From Deinococcales bacterium (GTDB taxonomy: Bacteria; Deinococcota; Deinococci; Deinococcales; JAAFIG01), in NCBI GenBank assembly GCA_043778225.1, contig JAYWGM010000028.1, positions 32,001-96,000 of the forward strand: a stretch of DNA of 64,000 bases, in the 5' to 3' direction. Position 1 is the first letter of the stretch; each line of letters opens with the position of its first letter. The translations under genes were made by a program, and so were the position numbers. Positions 1 through 8,658 of the stretch are shown here, piece after piece. The notes under the pieces were generated by a model that saw only the letters and a list, made by a program, of their open reading frames with translations, did not search any database and was not told the origin of the DNA.

Positions 1-199
1 TCCTTCTCAATTTTGGTGACCAATTACACATTTACCTAAGAATTGTAATCTTGTGCTGTCAACAATGGCGTTTGGGACAATTCTCTGGTTGTTGCATCGC
101 TTTGTAATTCGTATGCTCTATGCAATCTACCGAATCACATGGTTGAGGTCGTCTACCCAGCATTGCGTTGGGGTTTCTCGAGGAGGAAGGCTGGTGAGT

Positions 200-1645
200 A
201 TGAGTATGGTCGAATCTGTGCGTGACCGTTTATTTCCTGATACTCCAGATGCGTCGGCAAAGCTATGGCTTACGTCGGCTGTGGTCTGGGGCGTGCTGGG
301 TATGACATTTGGTGTCTTGATGGCAATTTTGTTTGTCTTTCCAGAATTTACCAAGGGTGTGCCGTGGTTATCGTTTAGTCGGATTCGTCCGTCTCACGTC
401 AATACCGTGGTCATGTCTTGGGTTTCGATGGCAAGCATCGGCTCAATGTTTTATATGCTGCCGCGCTTACTCAAAACTGGCTTAGTCAGTGAACGCCTTG
501 GTACAGCCGTTGGTTGGTCTTGGAACGCCTTTGCGCTGTGTATCCCGCTCACACTCCTGAATGGAATGTCCGAAGGGCGTGAATGGGCAGAGTTGGTTTG
601 GTGGATGGATTGGTGGATGCTGATTAACCTCGGTTTGGTTGGGTATCTGACCTTTGCAACCGTCGCCAACCGCAAAGAACAGCAGCTCTATGTTTCAGTC
701 TGGTATTGGATGGGTTCGATGGTCGGCATGACGATGGTTTGGATTGTCGGCAACCGCACTTTTGTACCACTTGATGGCTTAAACGATGCCATTGCCAATT
801 GGTTTTATGCCCACGATGTACTGGGGCTTTGGATTACCACCATGGGCATTGGCATTATTTACTATTTATTGCCAAAACTGACGGCTGGCAAAAATGGCGA
901 ACCGGGCAACCCAGTTTTTAGCCATAAACTGTCTCTAATCGGTTTTTGGGGAAATTTTGCTTTCTACACAGGTATTGGCGCACATCACATCATCCAAGCA
1001 CCCGTGCCAGAATGGTTAAAAGCCTTTGCGATTGCCTCGAGTGTCCTGATGAGCATTCCGGTCTACTCTGCCAGTGCTAATTTCTTTTTGTCCACCCAAG
1101 GACGCTGGGAAAACTTGGCTTGGAATTTACCATTGCGCTTTGTGACTTTTGGTTGGATTATGTACGCCCTCTCGAGCTTCCAAGGCAGTTTACAGGCGGT
1201 ACGTAGCATCAATTGGTATCAGCACTTTACGGGCATTGTCAGCGCTCACGCTCATTTAGCCATGCTTGGCGGTTTTAGCGTCGTGCTTTTTGCCAGCATT
1301 TATTACTGTATTCCACGGCTTTATAAAGTCGAATGGTACTCCAAAAAACTTGTGGTGGTGCATTTTTGGACGTTCACCGTTTCGTTTGTGATGTTCTTTT
1401 TGGTCTGGACAACCATGGGCTTTGTACAAGCCACCAGTTGGGTCATGGGTATCAATGTGCAGCAAACTGTACCGTTCTTGCAGCCATTTACCTTTACCCG
1501 CATGATTGCTGCCTTAGCAATGATTTTCTCGGTTTATATTTTTGCTTATAACGTGCTGCAAACCGTGCGTTCTGCCAAACGCCAAGAGGCTACTTCTCGA
1601 GTCCTCATTCCTTCAGGCGTTGCTCCTGCTGCGGCGGACGATTAG
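200..1645 (+). CDS. ccoN: cbb3-type cytochrome c oxidase subunit I
   Basis: Multi-TM protein with heme/CuB ligand motifs IRPSHVN, WFYAHD, FYTGIGAHH (helix VII Tyr typical of the C family), SAHAHL and GREWAE. RBS GGAGG at about 180-186, so the start is placed at ATG 200 (or GTG 194) rather than 53. Confidence 0.93.
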   Translation: MSMVESVRDRLFPDTPDASAKLWLTSAVVWGVLGMTFGVLMAILFVFPEFTKGVPWLSFSRIRPSHVNTVVMSWVSMASIGSMFYMLPRLLKTGLVSERLGTAVGWSWNAFALCIPLTLLNGMSEGREWAELVWWMDWWMLINLGLVGYLTFATVANRKEQQLYVSVWYWMGSMVGMTMVWIVGNRTFVPLDGLNDAIANWFYAHDVLGLWITTMGIGIIYYLLPKLTAGKNGEPGNPVFSHKLSLIGFWGNFAFYTGIGAHHIIQAPVPEWLKAFAIASSVLMSIPVYSASANFFLSTQGRWENLAWNLPLRFVTFGWIMYALSSFQGSLQAVRSINWYQHFTGIVSAHAHLAMLGGFSVVLFASIYYCIPRLYKVEWYSKKLVVVHFWTFTVSFVMFFLVWTTMGFVQATSWVMGINVQQTVPFLQPFTFTRMIAALAMIFSVYIFAYNVLQTVRSAKRQEATSRVLIPSGVAPAAADD

Positions 1646-1653
1646 GGGTTTTT

Positions 1654-2577
1654 ATGTTAAATGCCAAAAATGCAATTATTGGAATGATGTTTTTACTGCT
1701 CGTGACTGGTGTCACCAGCCTTGTGGTGGTTGTTCCAGCCGCCACTTTTAACCCAGAACCAGCCATTGGTTTACGCAATTACACCGAAGCCGAATTGCGT
1801 GGACGCGAAGTCTTTAAGCGCGAGAACTGCTATGTCTGCCATAGCCAATTTGTACGCTTTCAAGATGAGGGCATGGGCAACACCTCGCAAGCCGGCGATT
1901 TTGCCTACGACAATTCAAATTTATTGGGGACACTGCGAAACGGTCCAGACTTGTCTTATGAAGGTGGCTTGTACCCCGACGAATGGCACATCGGACACCT
2001 CAAAGCACCGCGCTCTTATTTGCCGGGCAGCTATATGCCAAGTTACAGCTACCTCAATAACAACGACATCAAGGACTTGGTGGCTTACATTCAAAGCCTT
2101 GGCACACGCAACACCCGAGCTTGGGACACCAAAGATGTCAACATCCCCGAAAAGTACCGCAACCTCGAGTCTCCGCTTGGTCAAACGACCGCCAACATCG
2201 GGGCTGGGCGAGGTATTTATAACCAAAACTGCTCAGCTTGCCACGGCTTTGAGGGTCGGGCGGACGTGCCACTAGCAAAAATGTTTTATCCAAAACCAGC
2301 CGCCAATTTCCGTTTGCCGCGCTATAAAGACTTTACCGACGGTCATTGGTTTAACAAGGTGGCTCGAGGCGTACCCGGTACAAGAATGCCGCGCTGGGAC
2401 CAAATCCTTAATTCCGAGCAAATGTGGTACGTCGTGACCTACTTAAAGTCCTTAGCCCAAGACCAAGACCTTGTGCCAAAAGCTGGGCGCGAGAAATACT
2501 ACGACAAGAGCGTACTACAACCCGGCACAATTAAGAAAAAGTACGAAGGCGCTCCAAAAGCTGGCGGTGGTCACTAG
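1654..2577 (+). CDS. ccoO: cbb3-type oxidase subunit II with a fused second cytochrome c domain
   Basis: N-terminal TM; CYVCHSQFVR, GTLRNGPDL and SYMPSY motifs of CcoO; second heme motif CSACH with downstream GTRMP. Confidence 0.9.
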   Translation: MLNAKNAIIGMMFLLLVTGVTSLVVVVPAATFNPEPAIGLRNYTEAELRGREVFKRENCYVCHSQFVRFQDEGMGNTSQAGDFAYDNSNLLGTLRNGPDLSYEGGLYPDEWHIGHLKAPRSYLPGSYMPSYSYLNNNDIKDLVAYIQSLGTRNTRAWDTKDVNIPEKYRNLESPLGQTTANIGAGRGIYNQNCSACHGFEGRADVPLAKMFYPKPAANFRLPRYKDFTDGHWFNKVARGVPGTRMPRWDQILNSEQMWYVVTYLKSLAQDQDLVPKAGREKYYDKSVLQPGTIKKKYEGAPKAGGGH

Positions 2578-2847
2578 ATGCTTTTGCGCTCAGCTGTTTT
2601 CTTGGCTTTCTCGAGTTTAGCCTTGGCAGACCATGTTCCCGGTGTTGGCTTAAATTACAGTGGTACATGGGTGGTTCTGATTGCGGTTGGCGTGATTTTC
2701 TCGTTGCTGATTTTATCGTTTCTCTGGGCATTTTTGGATGGACAATTTCACAATTCCGAACAGGTAAAATTTGCAGTGGCTGCGCCTGACGACAGTTTTA
2801 TTCCCAGCATTGAACGTCCAAAAGAGGTGAGTTATGGCTCAAAATAA
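2578..2847 (+). CDS. ccoS: CcoS/FixS-like cbb3 oxidase maturation protein
   Basis: TM segment followed by FLWAFLDGQF, resembling the CcoS motif FxWAxxxGQF; lies within the cco operon. Confidence 0.7.
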   Translation: MLLRSAVFLAFSSLALADHVPGVGLNYSGTWVVLIAVGVIFSLLILSFLWAFLDGQFHNSEQVKFAVAAPDDSFIPSIERPKEVSYGSK

Positions 2848-2989
2848 CGATGACCAGCACGACGACCACACCCACGAAATCGCTGGGGTGCGGGTTGGCG
2901 AAAAAAATGTACCAACTTCGGTGATTGCTGTTTTTATCTTTGTTGCATTTATCGCCCTGATTTCTTGGATTGCACCACAGGGGTTTTAA
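2834..2989 (+). CDS. 51-aa membrane peptide resembling the CcoP N-terminal domain (not in the ORF track)
   Basis: RBS AGAGGTGA; translates MAQNNDDQHDDHTHEIAGVRVGEKNVPTSVIAVFIFVAFIALISWIAPQGF; its stop overlaps the next ATG (TAATG). Confidence 0.7.
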   Translation: MAQNNDDQHDDHTHEIAGVRVGEKNVPTSVIAVFIFVAFIALISWIAPQGF

Positions 2990-3993
2990 TGAAAAAACTT
3001 TTATCCCTATTGCTTTTCTCGAGCCTTGCCGCCTGTAGTCTGCCGAGCGATGCCAATAATCCAGCCAAAGAAGCTGCCAAAAAAGGTGTTTTATATATTC
3101 GTGAAGGCGAAAAGCCACTCGAGTTAAAACCCGAAGAAGGCGCATACGACTGGAAATACCCCAAGTACCCAGAAGATTACAAAGTTGACTTGAGCAACCG
3201 CGACCAAAACAACGCCACCTATATGTCTGGGCGCGAAATCACTTATCGTGCCAAAACCGACGGGCAACACAAAATGGACACCGCTCTTGCCGAAGCTGGT
3301 TCGTATGCCGGTCCATGGCTCGAGGGCGAGGACACTTTACTTTTGCCAGTTGCCAATCCCAATATCATCCTTGGTGATGCTTTGATTAAAACCTTGGGGG
3401 CAGAAATTACCAACGAGATGATGCCAGCGCTCGAGGAAAGCCCATTCCAAGCCTTTTTGAAATTGCGTGAACTTGGTAAAGATGCAGAAGGTAAGCACCG
3501 CACCGTCACGATTTCCTTAACTGGTGTGACCAATCCCTCGAGCGGACAAGCCGAAGTTGCCGAATACGATGTCCAACTTGATAAAGAGGCGCTATGGAGC
3601 ATTACCTATGCGCTCTATCGCAAAATTCAGCCCGATTTTAGTTTGCGAATTGGCACAAAAGACAATCCTAAGGCGAAAGTAGATGGGGCTTTAATTTATG
3701 GCAACTGCAATATGTGCCACGGCTCAGACGGTTGGGGTTTAGGAAAAAGTGGTCATAAGTTGCAGCCACATCCAGCCAATTTCCATGAGCCACGGCGTTT
3801 ATTTAATCGCTCGGATACAAAACTGCGTGAAGTTCTCAAGCATGGTGTCTATGGAAGCGCCATGCCACCATGGAATGATAAGCTCTCGGAAGCCGAGATT
3901 AACCATGTGGTGGCATACATCCGTTCTTTTTCGTACACCCTCGAGCCACCAGTTTTGAATGTCAAGCCACGTTTTAAGGGAGGTCAGCCATGA
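2989..3993 (+). CDS. lipoprotein c-type cytochrome with a C-terminal class I cytochrome c domain
   Basis: Signal peptide with lipobox LAAC; CNMCH heme motif; GSAMPPW axial Met region. Confidence 0.85.
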   Translation: MKKLLSLLLFSSLAACSLPSDANNPAKEAAKKGVLYIREGEKPLELKPEEGAYDWKYPKYPEDYKVDLSNRDQNNATYMSGREITYRAKTDGQHKMDTALAEAGSYAGPWLEGEDTLLLPVANPNIILGDALIKTLGAEITNEMMPALEESPFQAFLKLRELGKDAEGKHRTVTISLTGVTNPSSGQAEVAEYDVQLDKEALWSITYALYRKIQPDFSLRIGTKDNPKAKVDGALIYGNCNMCHGSDGWGLGKSGHKLQPHPANFHEPRRLFNRSDTKLREVLKHGVYGSAMPPWNDKLSEAEINHVVAYIRSFSYTLEPPVLNVKPRFKGGQP

Positions 3994-4039
3994 ACCTGAT
4001 ACTCAAGGCAAAATACCCGATTCTCAAGGGAGGTCAGCC

Positions 4040-4693
4040 ATGATTGACCGCAGAAGCATCATCAAGGGCATCACCATTCTGCCCTTATTGGCGGTGGCTG
4101 GTGGAATCGGTACGGCGCTTTTGTCGTACTTAAAACCAACTTGGAAACCTCTTGCATTGCCAGTCACCGAAAAACCACTCAATAAAGACAAAGTAATTGG
4201 TACACTCGAGGAATTTGATAAGGATTATGCCTTTAAGGAGTTTATTTTTACGCAAATCACGGTCGAGTACACGGCTCGAGGACGGGCTGCGACCGATATT
4301 TTGGGCTATGCGGTGCGTGTCCCGAACGACAAATTAGCCGCCGCCGATGTCGGTGTTGGTCCGAGCGGCTTGCGGCGTGGTTACGGCGAAACAGATTACA
4401 ACGGTCAGAAGTACAGCATCGTGGTGGTCTCGAGAATTTGCGCGCACTTGGGTTGTATTTTTGAGTATCACCTCCCAGCCGAGGTTTGTAGCGGCTTTAA
4501 TTATTGTGGTGGTTCAACCCCGATGTTTTCTTGTCCATGCCACTTATCGGTCTATGACCCAGCCCAAAAACAAGATGTGGCGGGGGCTGGCACATTGCCG
4601 GGCAAGGTTGTTTCCGGTCCTGCACCACGCACCCCGTTCCCATTTGATTTTGAGATTAAAGGCAATGAAATTATTGTCAAGAGCTACGGTTAA
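4040..4693 (+). CDS. qcrA: Rieske [2Fe-2S] subunit of a Rieske/cytochrome b complex
   Basis: Tat-like DRRSIIK plus TM; boxes CAHLGC and CPCHLSVY; GPAPR. RBS GGAGG precedes ATG 4040. Confidence 0.9.
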   Translation: MIDRRSIIKGITILPLLAVAGGIGTALLSYLKPTWKPLALPVTEKPLNKDKVIGTLEEFDKDYAFKEFIFTQITVEYTARGRAATDILGYAVRVPNDKLAAADVGVGPSGLRRGYGETDYNGQKYSIVVVSRICAHLGCIFEYHLPAEVCSGFNYCGGSTPMFSCPCHLSVYDPAQKQDVAGAGTLPGKVVSGPAPRTPFPFDFEIKGNEIIVKSYG

Positions 4694-4704
4694 GGAGGAA
4701 TACT

Positions 4705-6015
4705 ATGGCAGCCCCAGCAATTCCCGCAAAAAAAGCTGTTCCCAATATCGGGCAGAAAGTTGCCCAGTGGTGGACAAAAAGCGCTCGCAACTTAGATTTA
4801 TTCGATGAAAACCAAACCGATAAAGTCTTAAACGACCCATGGTATATGCTCGGCGGAATGGCGTTGCTGTTTTGGTATATCACCATTGCAACTGGTACAG
4901 TGCTGATGTTTTATTATGTGCCAGACACGTATCAGGCATGGCGCAGTGTGCGTGGCATTTTTGAAGGCGAACAGGGATTTTGGATTGCCTTGATTCGCAA
5001 TATGCACAAATACGGCGCGGATGCACTGATTATTGCCCTGACGATGCGAATTTATCGAATGTACTTTCGTGGTGAATTTAAGAATTATAATCAGCTTTCC
5101 TATATCGTCACGATTATTGGCTTGTTGTTAGCGATGTTCAGTGGTTTAACGGGTTACCTACTGATTTGGAATCAACGCGCCCTTTGGGCAACCAAAGTCT
5201 TTGCGACTTTCCCAACCTTTATTGACGATTTCCATAACATCCCAACCATTAAAGTCTTTATGCCTCTGGTGGCTGGTCTGCTCGAGAACACCCTCTCGAG
5301 CCTCAAAATTGGCGCTTTAACCGCCAACTTTATGTTGGCTGGACAAAGCATTGGACCTGCCACCCTGACCCGTTTTTACAGCGCTCACTTTATGCTCTCG
5401 ATTTTAGCCATTTTAGCCATCGAAGCCTATTTTGCCCGTAAAGGACGCGGTGGAAAAATCGGCGAAGCGGCGGCTGGCGGCGGCGCTGGACGTTTTAAGC
5501 GGATTAACTTGCCGTGGTTTGCCGTGGTCTTTTGCTTTGTGGTGCTGGTTGTGGTTTCGATTTGGGTACCTGTCGATACGGGCAGCCCCGCCAACTACAA
5601 CGTCACACCAAATCCGATTTTGTCCGACTGGTACTTTTTAGGCTTATACCAAATGATGAAATGGTGGCAACCTGCCGTGGCGACCTTGCAAACAATCCTT
5701 CTACCGTTGGTGGCTTTTGTGGTGGTCTTTTTGGATTACAGCCCCGAACGCAACCCATGGAAACGCCCATTCTGGACAATGGTTGGTATTTATGGCTTGG
5801 TATCGTGGTTGGCATTTAGCATCCTGATTATTCTGAACATTGCCGACATTAAACGCGACCCGCCTTACGTCTATTTGGTGAGCATGATTATGCTTGGCGC
5901 TGGGGCAATTTGGCACTGGGTATTTATGGCGGGAGAACGCAAGAAGCGTCTTAAACTCGAGGCTGAAAAAGCCGCCAAAGCCGCAATTGCGGCTGTTCCG
6001 CAAGCTGCCGATTAG
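4705..6015 (+). CDS. qcrB: cytochrome b, copy 1 (Qo-like SDWY motif; heme bH ligands absent)
   Basis: Cytochrome b motifs LGG, TGTVLMFYYVP, RNMH, TGYLLIWNQ, TLTRFYSAH, and subunit IV-like PANYNVTPNPILSDWYF. Confidence 0.88.
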   Translation: MAAPAIPAKKAVPNIGQKVAQWWTKSARNLDLFDENQTDKVLNDPWYMLGGMALLFWYITIATGTVLMFYYVPDTYQAWRSVRGIFEGEQGFWIALIRNMHKYGADALIIALTMRIYRMYFRGEFKNYNQLSYIVTIIGLLLAMFSGLTGYLLIWNQRALWATKVFATFPTFIDDFHNIPTIKVFMPLVAGLLENTLSSLKIGALTANFMLAGQSIGPATLTRFYSAHFMLSILAILAIEAYFARKGRGGKIGEAAAGGGAGRFKRINLPWFAVVFCFVVLVVVSIWVPVDTGSPANYNVTPNPILSDWYFLGLYQMMKWWQPAVATLQTILLPLVAFVVVFLDYSPERNPWKRPFWTMVGIYGLVSWLAFSILIILNIADIKRDPPYVYLVSMIMLGAGAIWHWVFMAGERKKRLKLEAEKAAKAAIAAVPQAAD

Positions 6016-6025
6016 GGGTGTAATC

Positions 6026-6328
6026 ATGAAAGGAAGCACTTGGTTATTTACGATCGCCACATTTGTGGGCGGCATCCTTGTGTTCTCGAGTGGTTATGCC
6101 GAAGTCCTGCGTTACCTCAATAGCCCGACTTGGACGGGTCTAGCAATGATTGCTTTTTGGTTGGCACTGCTGATTTTCTTTGTGGTCACACTTGGGTTTA
6201 TTATGTACGCTGTCGATCGCAAAGCGGGTAATGTTAAAGTTAAAATCGCATTTTTTGAACGGCTACTTGGTCATGATAAAGATGCCAAATTGCCAGAGTC
6301 TCGAGAAAGTAACAAGGAGAATTCATGA
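6026..6328 (+). CDS. small two-TM membrane protein in the respiratory operon
   Basis: ATG 6026 follows AGGGGTG; two hydrophobic segments; ATGA overlap with the next gene. Confidence 0.7.
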   Translation: MKGSTWLFTIATFVGGILVFSSGYAEVLRYLNSPTWTGLAMIAFWLALLIFFVVTLGFIMYAVDRKAGNVKVKIAFFERLLGHDKDAKLPESRESNKENS

Positions 6329-6693
6329 AAACAATCATCGCCATTCTGATGGTGCTAGGAGCGCTGGGCTTGACACCCCTAACCATCGGTGCGTTTGCCC
6401 ACGCCAACCCCGACTTTGGGGCGGTGGACAGCACTTTGGTGACCGAAAACCCGTACATTGTGCGCGAAGATGGAGCGCCAAGTATCCCCGCTTTTGCGGT
6501 TAGTTTGGTTAAGTTTATCCGCGACACCGAAGGTGCAATTTCTGGAGCGCTGCTGCCAAACCTTAAATCTTTCCCGTTTGAACGTGGCTTTGCCTACATG
6601 GGACTGACGGTTTTGCTGACCGCCATTGCTTCGGCACTGCTGGCGGATACACGCAGTCAAACGCTGGTCAAGCCCGGCAGGAAGGTGGCATAA
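6325..6693 (+). CDS. small membrane protein in the respiratory operon
   Basis: RBS AAGGAG; hydrophobic N- and C-terminal segments; tight operon packing. Confidence 0.7.
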   Translation: MKTIIAILMVLGALGLTPLTIGAFAHANPDFGAVDSTLVTENPYIVREDGAPSIPAFAVSLVKFIRDTEGAISGALLPNLKSFPFERGFAYMGLTVLLTAIASALLADTRSQTLVKPGRKVA

Positions 6694-6694
6694 G

Positions 6695-7882
6695 ATGGCA
6701 GGTTATAGCGCAGACCAAGCACCAACCTCGAGAGACAAAGGCTTTGATGCTGGTTTAGACAGCCTGCATAAGGGTATTGTCTCAATCGATAAAGCCATCA
6801 ACAAGGTTATCCCCGAAGAATTTAATCCATTTTATTACCTTGGTGGCATCACTAATGTCTTGTGGGTTTTACTTGTGCCATCGGGTATTTTTTTGTGGTT
6901 TTACTATAAGCCGACCACCACCGAAGCCTTCTCGAGTGTCGATTACTTAACTGTTCAGGTCTTTTTTGGTGGCGTGATTCGCGGTATTCACCGTTATGCT
7001 GGCAATGGCATGATTTTACTGGCAATTCTGCATATGTTGCGTAATTTTTTTACTGACCGCTACCGAGGTTTCCGCGATATTCCTTGGGTTTCTGGGGTTA
7101 TTTTATTGTTCTTGACTGGTTTTATCGGCTTGACTGGCTACTTATTGGTCTGGGACCAACGCGCCTTGGTGATTACGGAAGCACTGGTGCAGATTTTACG
7201 CAGCTTTGACTTGGTGATTGCTGGCTTTGGTACTTGGTTGGCACAAGGCTTAATCGGCGGCGATGAACCCAATAACCTGACGCTGGCACGAATGTTATTT
7301 TTGCACGTCGGTCCTGCTGTGTTGGTCTTTTTCTTCTTGTGGGTGCATTACTTGCGCTTACACCGACCAAAAATCTGGCCTCCAGCTTTTGTGACCCTTT
7401 TGACGATTGGCGCAGTATTGTTGGCGGCTGGTCTGTTGCCACTCGAGAAAACTTTGCCCGCTACACAACCGATTGCGGCAGGACAAGCTGCCATTGTTTA
7501 CGATATTTTTTATCTGTTGCCCGTTTTGGCGCTCTCGAGCATCAGCGCTCCTTGGATTTTGGCGATTTTATTGGTGCTGTTTGGCGTGATGTTTATTTTG
7601 CCATGGCTACCCGCCAAAAAGCATCGCTATGTCAATGTGGCAACCGTCACCCCAGAAAACTGCACTGGCTGCCAACTGTGCGCCATTGACTGCCCATTTG
7701 ACGCAATCATCATGGTGCCTGGTGCAAACCCGAATCCACGCTATACAGAATTGGCTGTGGTCAACGATGATAAATGTGCTGAATGTGGTATCTGTGTTGG
7801 GGCTTGCCCATTCCATGCAATCAATCTCCCGCTTATGGACGAATACGCGATACGCGATAAGGTGGTGGCGTTACTTAAATGA
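6695..7882 (+). CDS. cytochrome b, copy 2, fused to a 2x[4Fe-4S] ferredoxin domain
   Basis: All four heme His present (RGIH..13 aa..H, FLH..13 aa..H); C-terminal CTGCQLCAIDCP and CAECGICVGACP. Confidence 0.9.
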   Translation: MAGYSADQAPTSRDKGFDAGLDSLHKGIVSIDKAINKVIPEEFNPFYYLGGITNVLWVLLVPSGIFLWFYYKPTTTEAFSSVDYLTVQVFFGGVIRGIHRYAGNGMILLAILHMLRNFFTDRYRGFRDIPWVSGVILLFLTGFIGLTGYLLVWDQRALVITEALVQILRSFDLVIAGFGTWLAQGLIGGDEPNNLTLARMLFLHVGPAVLVFFFLWVHYLRLHRPKIWPPAFVTLLTIGAVLLAAGLLPLEKTLPATQPIAAGQAAIVYDIFYLLPVLALSSISAPWILAILLVLFGVMFILPWLPAKKHRYVNVATVTPENCTGCQLCAIDCPFDAIIMVPGANPNPRYTELAVVNDDKCAECGICVGACPFHAINLPLMDEYAIRDKVVALLK

Positions 7883-8367
7883 ATCTAGCATCCGATACAA
7901 CCCAACCCAATGTGCTTTCCCACAATGGCAAACCTAAGTTGCTTGGTTTTGTCTGTGAATGGAGCTTAGGACGAACTGACCACATCCATGAGGACGGCAC
8001 AGTCAAAGGCATGGAACACATCAAAACCCTGAAAATTCCGTGCAGTGGCTTTGTCAAAACCGAATGGGTGACAGTGGCTTTTGAAAACGGCGCTCAAGGT
8101 GTTTTTGTGCTTGGTTGCCCACTGGGCGATTGCCACTTTAACGAAGGTAATTTTATTATCAATGGGCGGCTCGAGCAACACACCGGACGGATGGTCAATC
8201 GTAAAATTATTGATGATTCTGGGCGGGTTGCCGAATTGTACTTGGGTGTGACTGGCAACAATGATTTCTTTGGTCAACTCGAGGACTTTACTAAGTACAT
8301 TGCTGCCATGCCACCGCTTGTCGTGGCAGCTAAAAAACCACGGGCGGCAGCTGCCAAAAAGGAGTAA
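7879..8367 (+). CDS. MvhD/FlpD-family iron-sulfur protein (hydrogenase delta-subunit-like)
   Basis: FVCEWS, IPCSG and GCPLGDCHFNEGN cysteine pattern of MvhD. Confidence 0.85.
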   Translation: MNLASDTTQPNVLSHNGKPKLLGFVCEWSLGRTDHIHEDGTVKGMEHIKTLKIPCSGFVKTEWVTVAFENGAQGVFVLGCPLGDCHFNEGNFIINGRLEQHTGRMVNRKIIDDSGRVAELYLGVTGNNDFFGQLEDFTKYIAAMPPLVVAAKKPRAAAAKKE

Positions 8368-8371
8368 GCAC

Positions 8372-8575
8372 ATGGAAGAGGCAACCCTAAACAATAAAAT
8401 CCTCGAGACCAGTGGTGAATCTGGTTTGGCGGTGCGTCCAGAACTTGAGCAAGTCGCAAGTACAGAAAAAGACTCCCGAGGTGTTGGTTACATTATGAAT
8501 TGGGTCAGCCTAATTTTGTTGTTTGTGATTTCGATGATTGCGATTGCTTGGTTTGGACCTTTTAGCGAAGTTTAA
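8372..8575 (+). CDS. small single-TM protein at the end of the respiratory operon
   Basis: RBS AAGGAG before ATG 8372; C-terminal TM helix. Confidence 0.6.
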   Translation: MEEATLNNKILETSGESGLAVRPELEQVASTEKDSRGVGYIMNWVSLILLFVISMIAIAWFGPFSEV

Positions 8576-8626
8576 TAACCTCTTCCAAAGGTCTGTAAAA
8601 AAGCTCACAAAAAACGTTAAACTATA

Positions 8627-8650
8627 GGGCGACTCGACAATGGGTCGCCC
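8627..8650. terminator. GC-rich hairpin after the respiratory operon
   Basis: GGGCGAC-10 nt-GTCGCCC inverted repeat; no clear U-tract on the plus strand. Confidence 0.35.
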
Positions 8651-8658
8651 CAAACGTT

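Noticed and set aside
7879..8367. A hydrogenase or heterodisulfide reductase locus
   Set aside because: Only the MvhD-like subunit is present; no NiFe large subunit or HdrA in the window.
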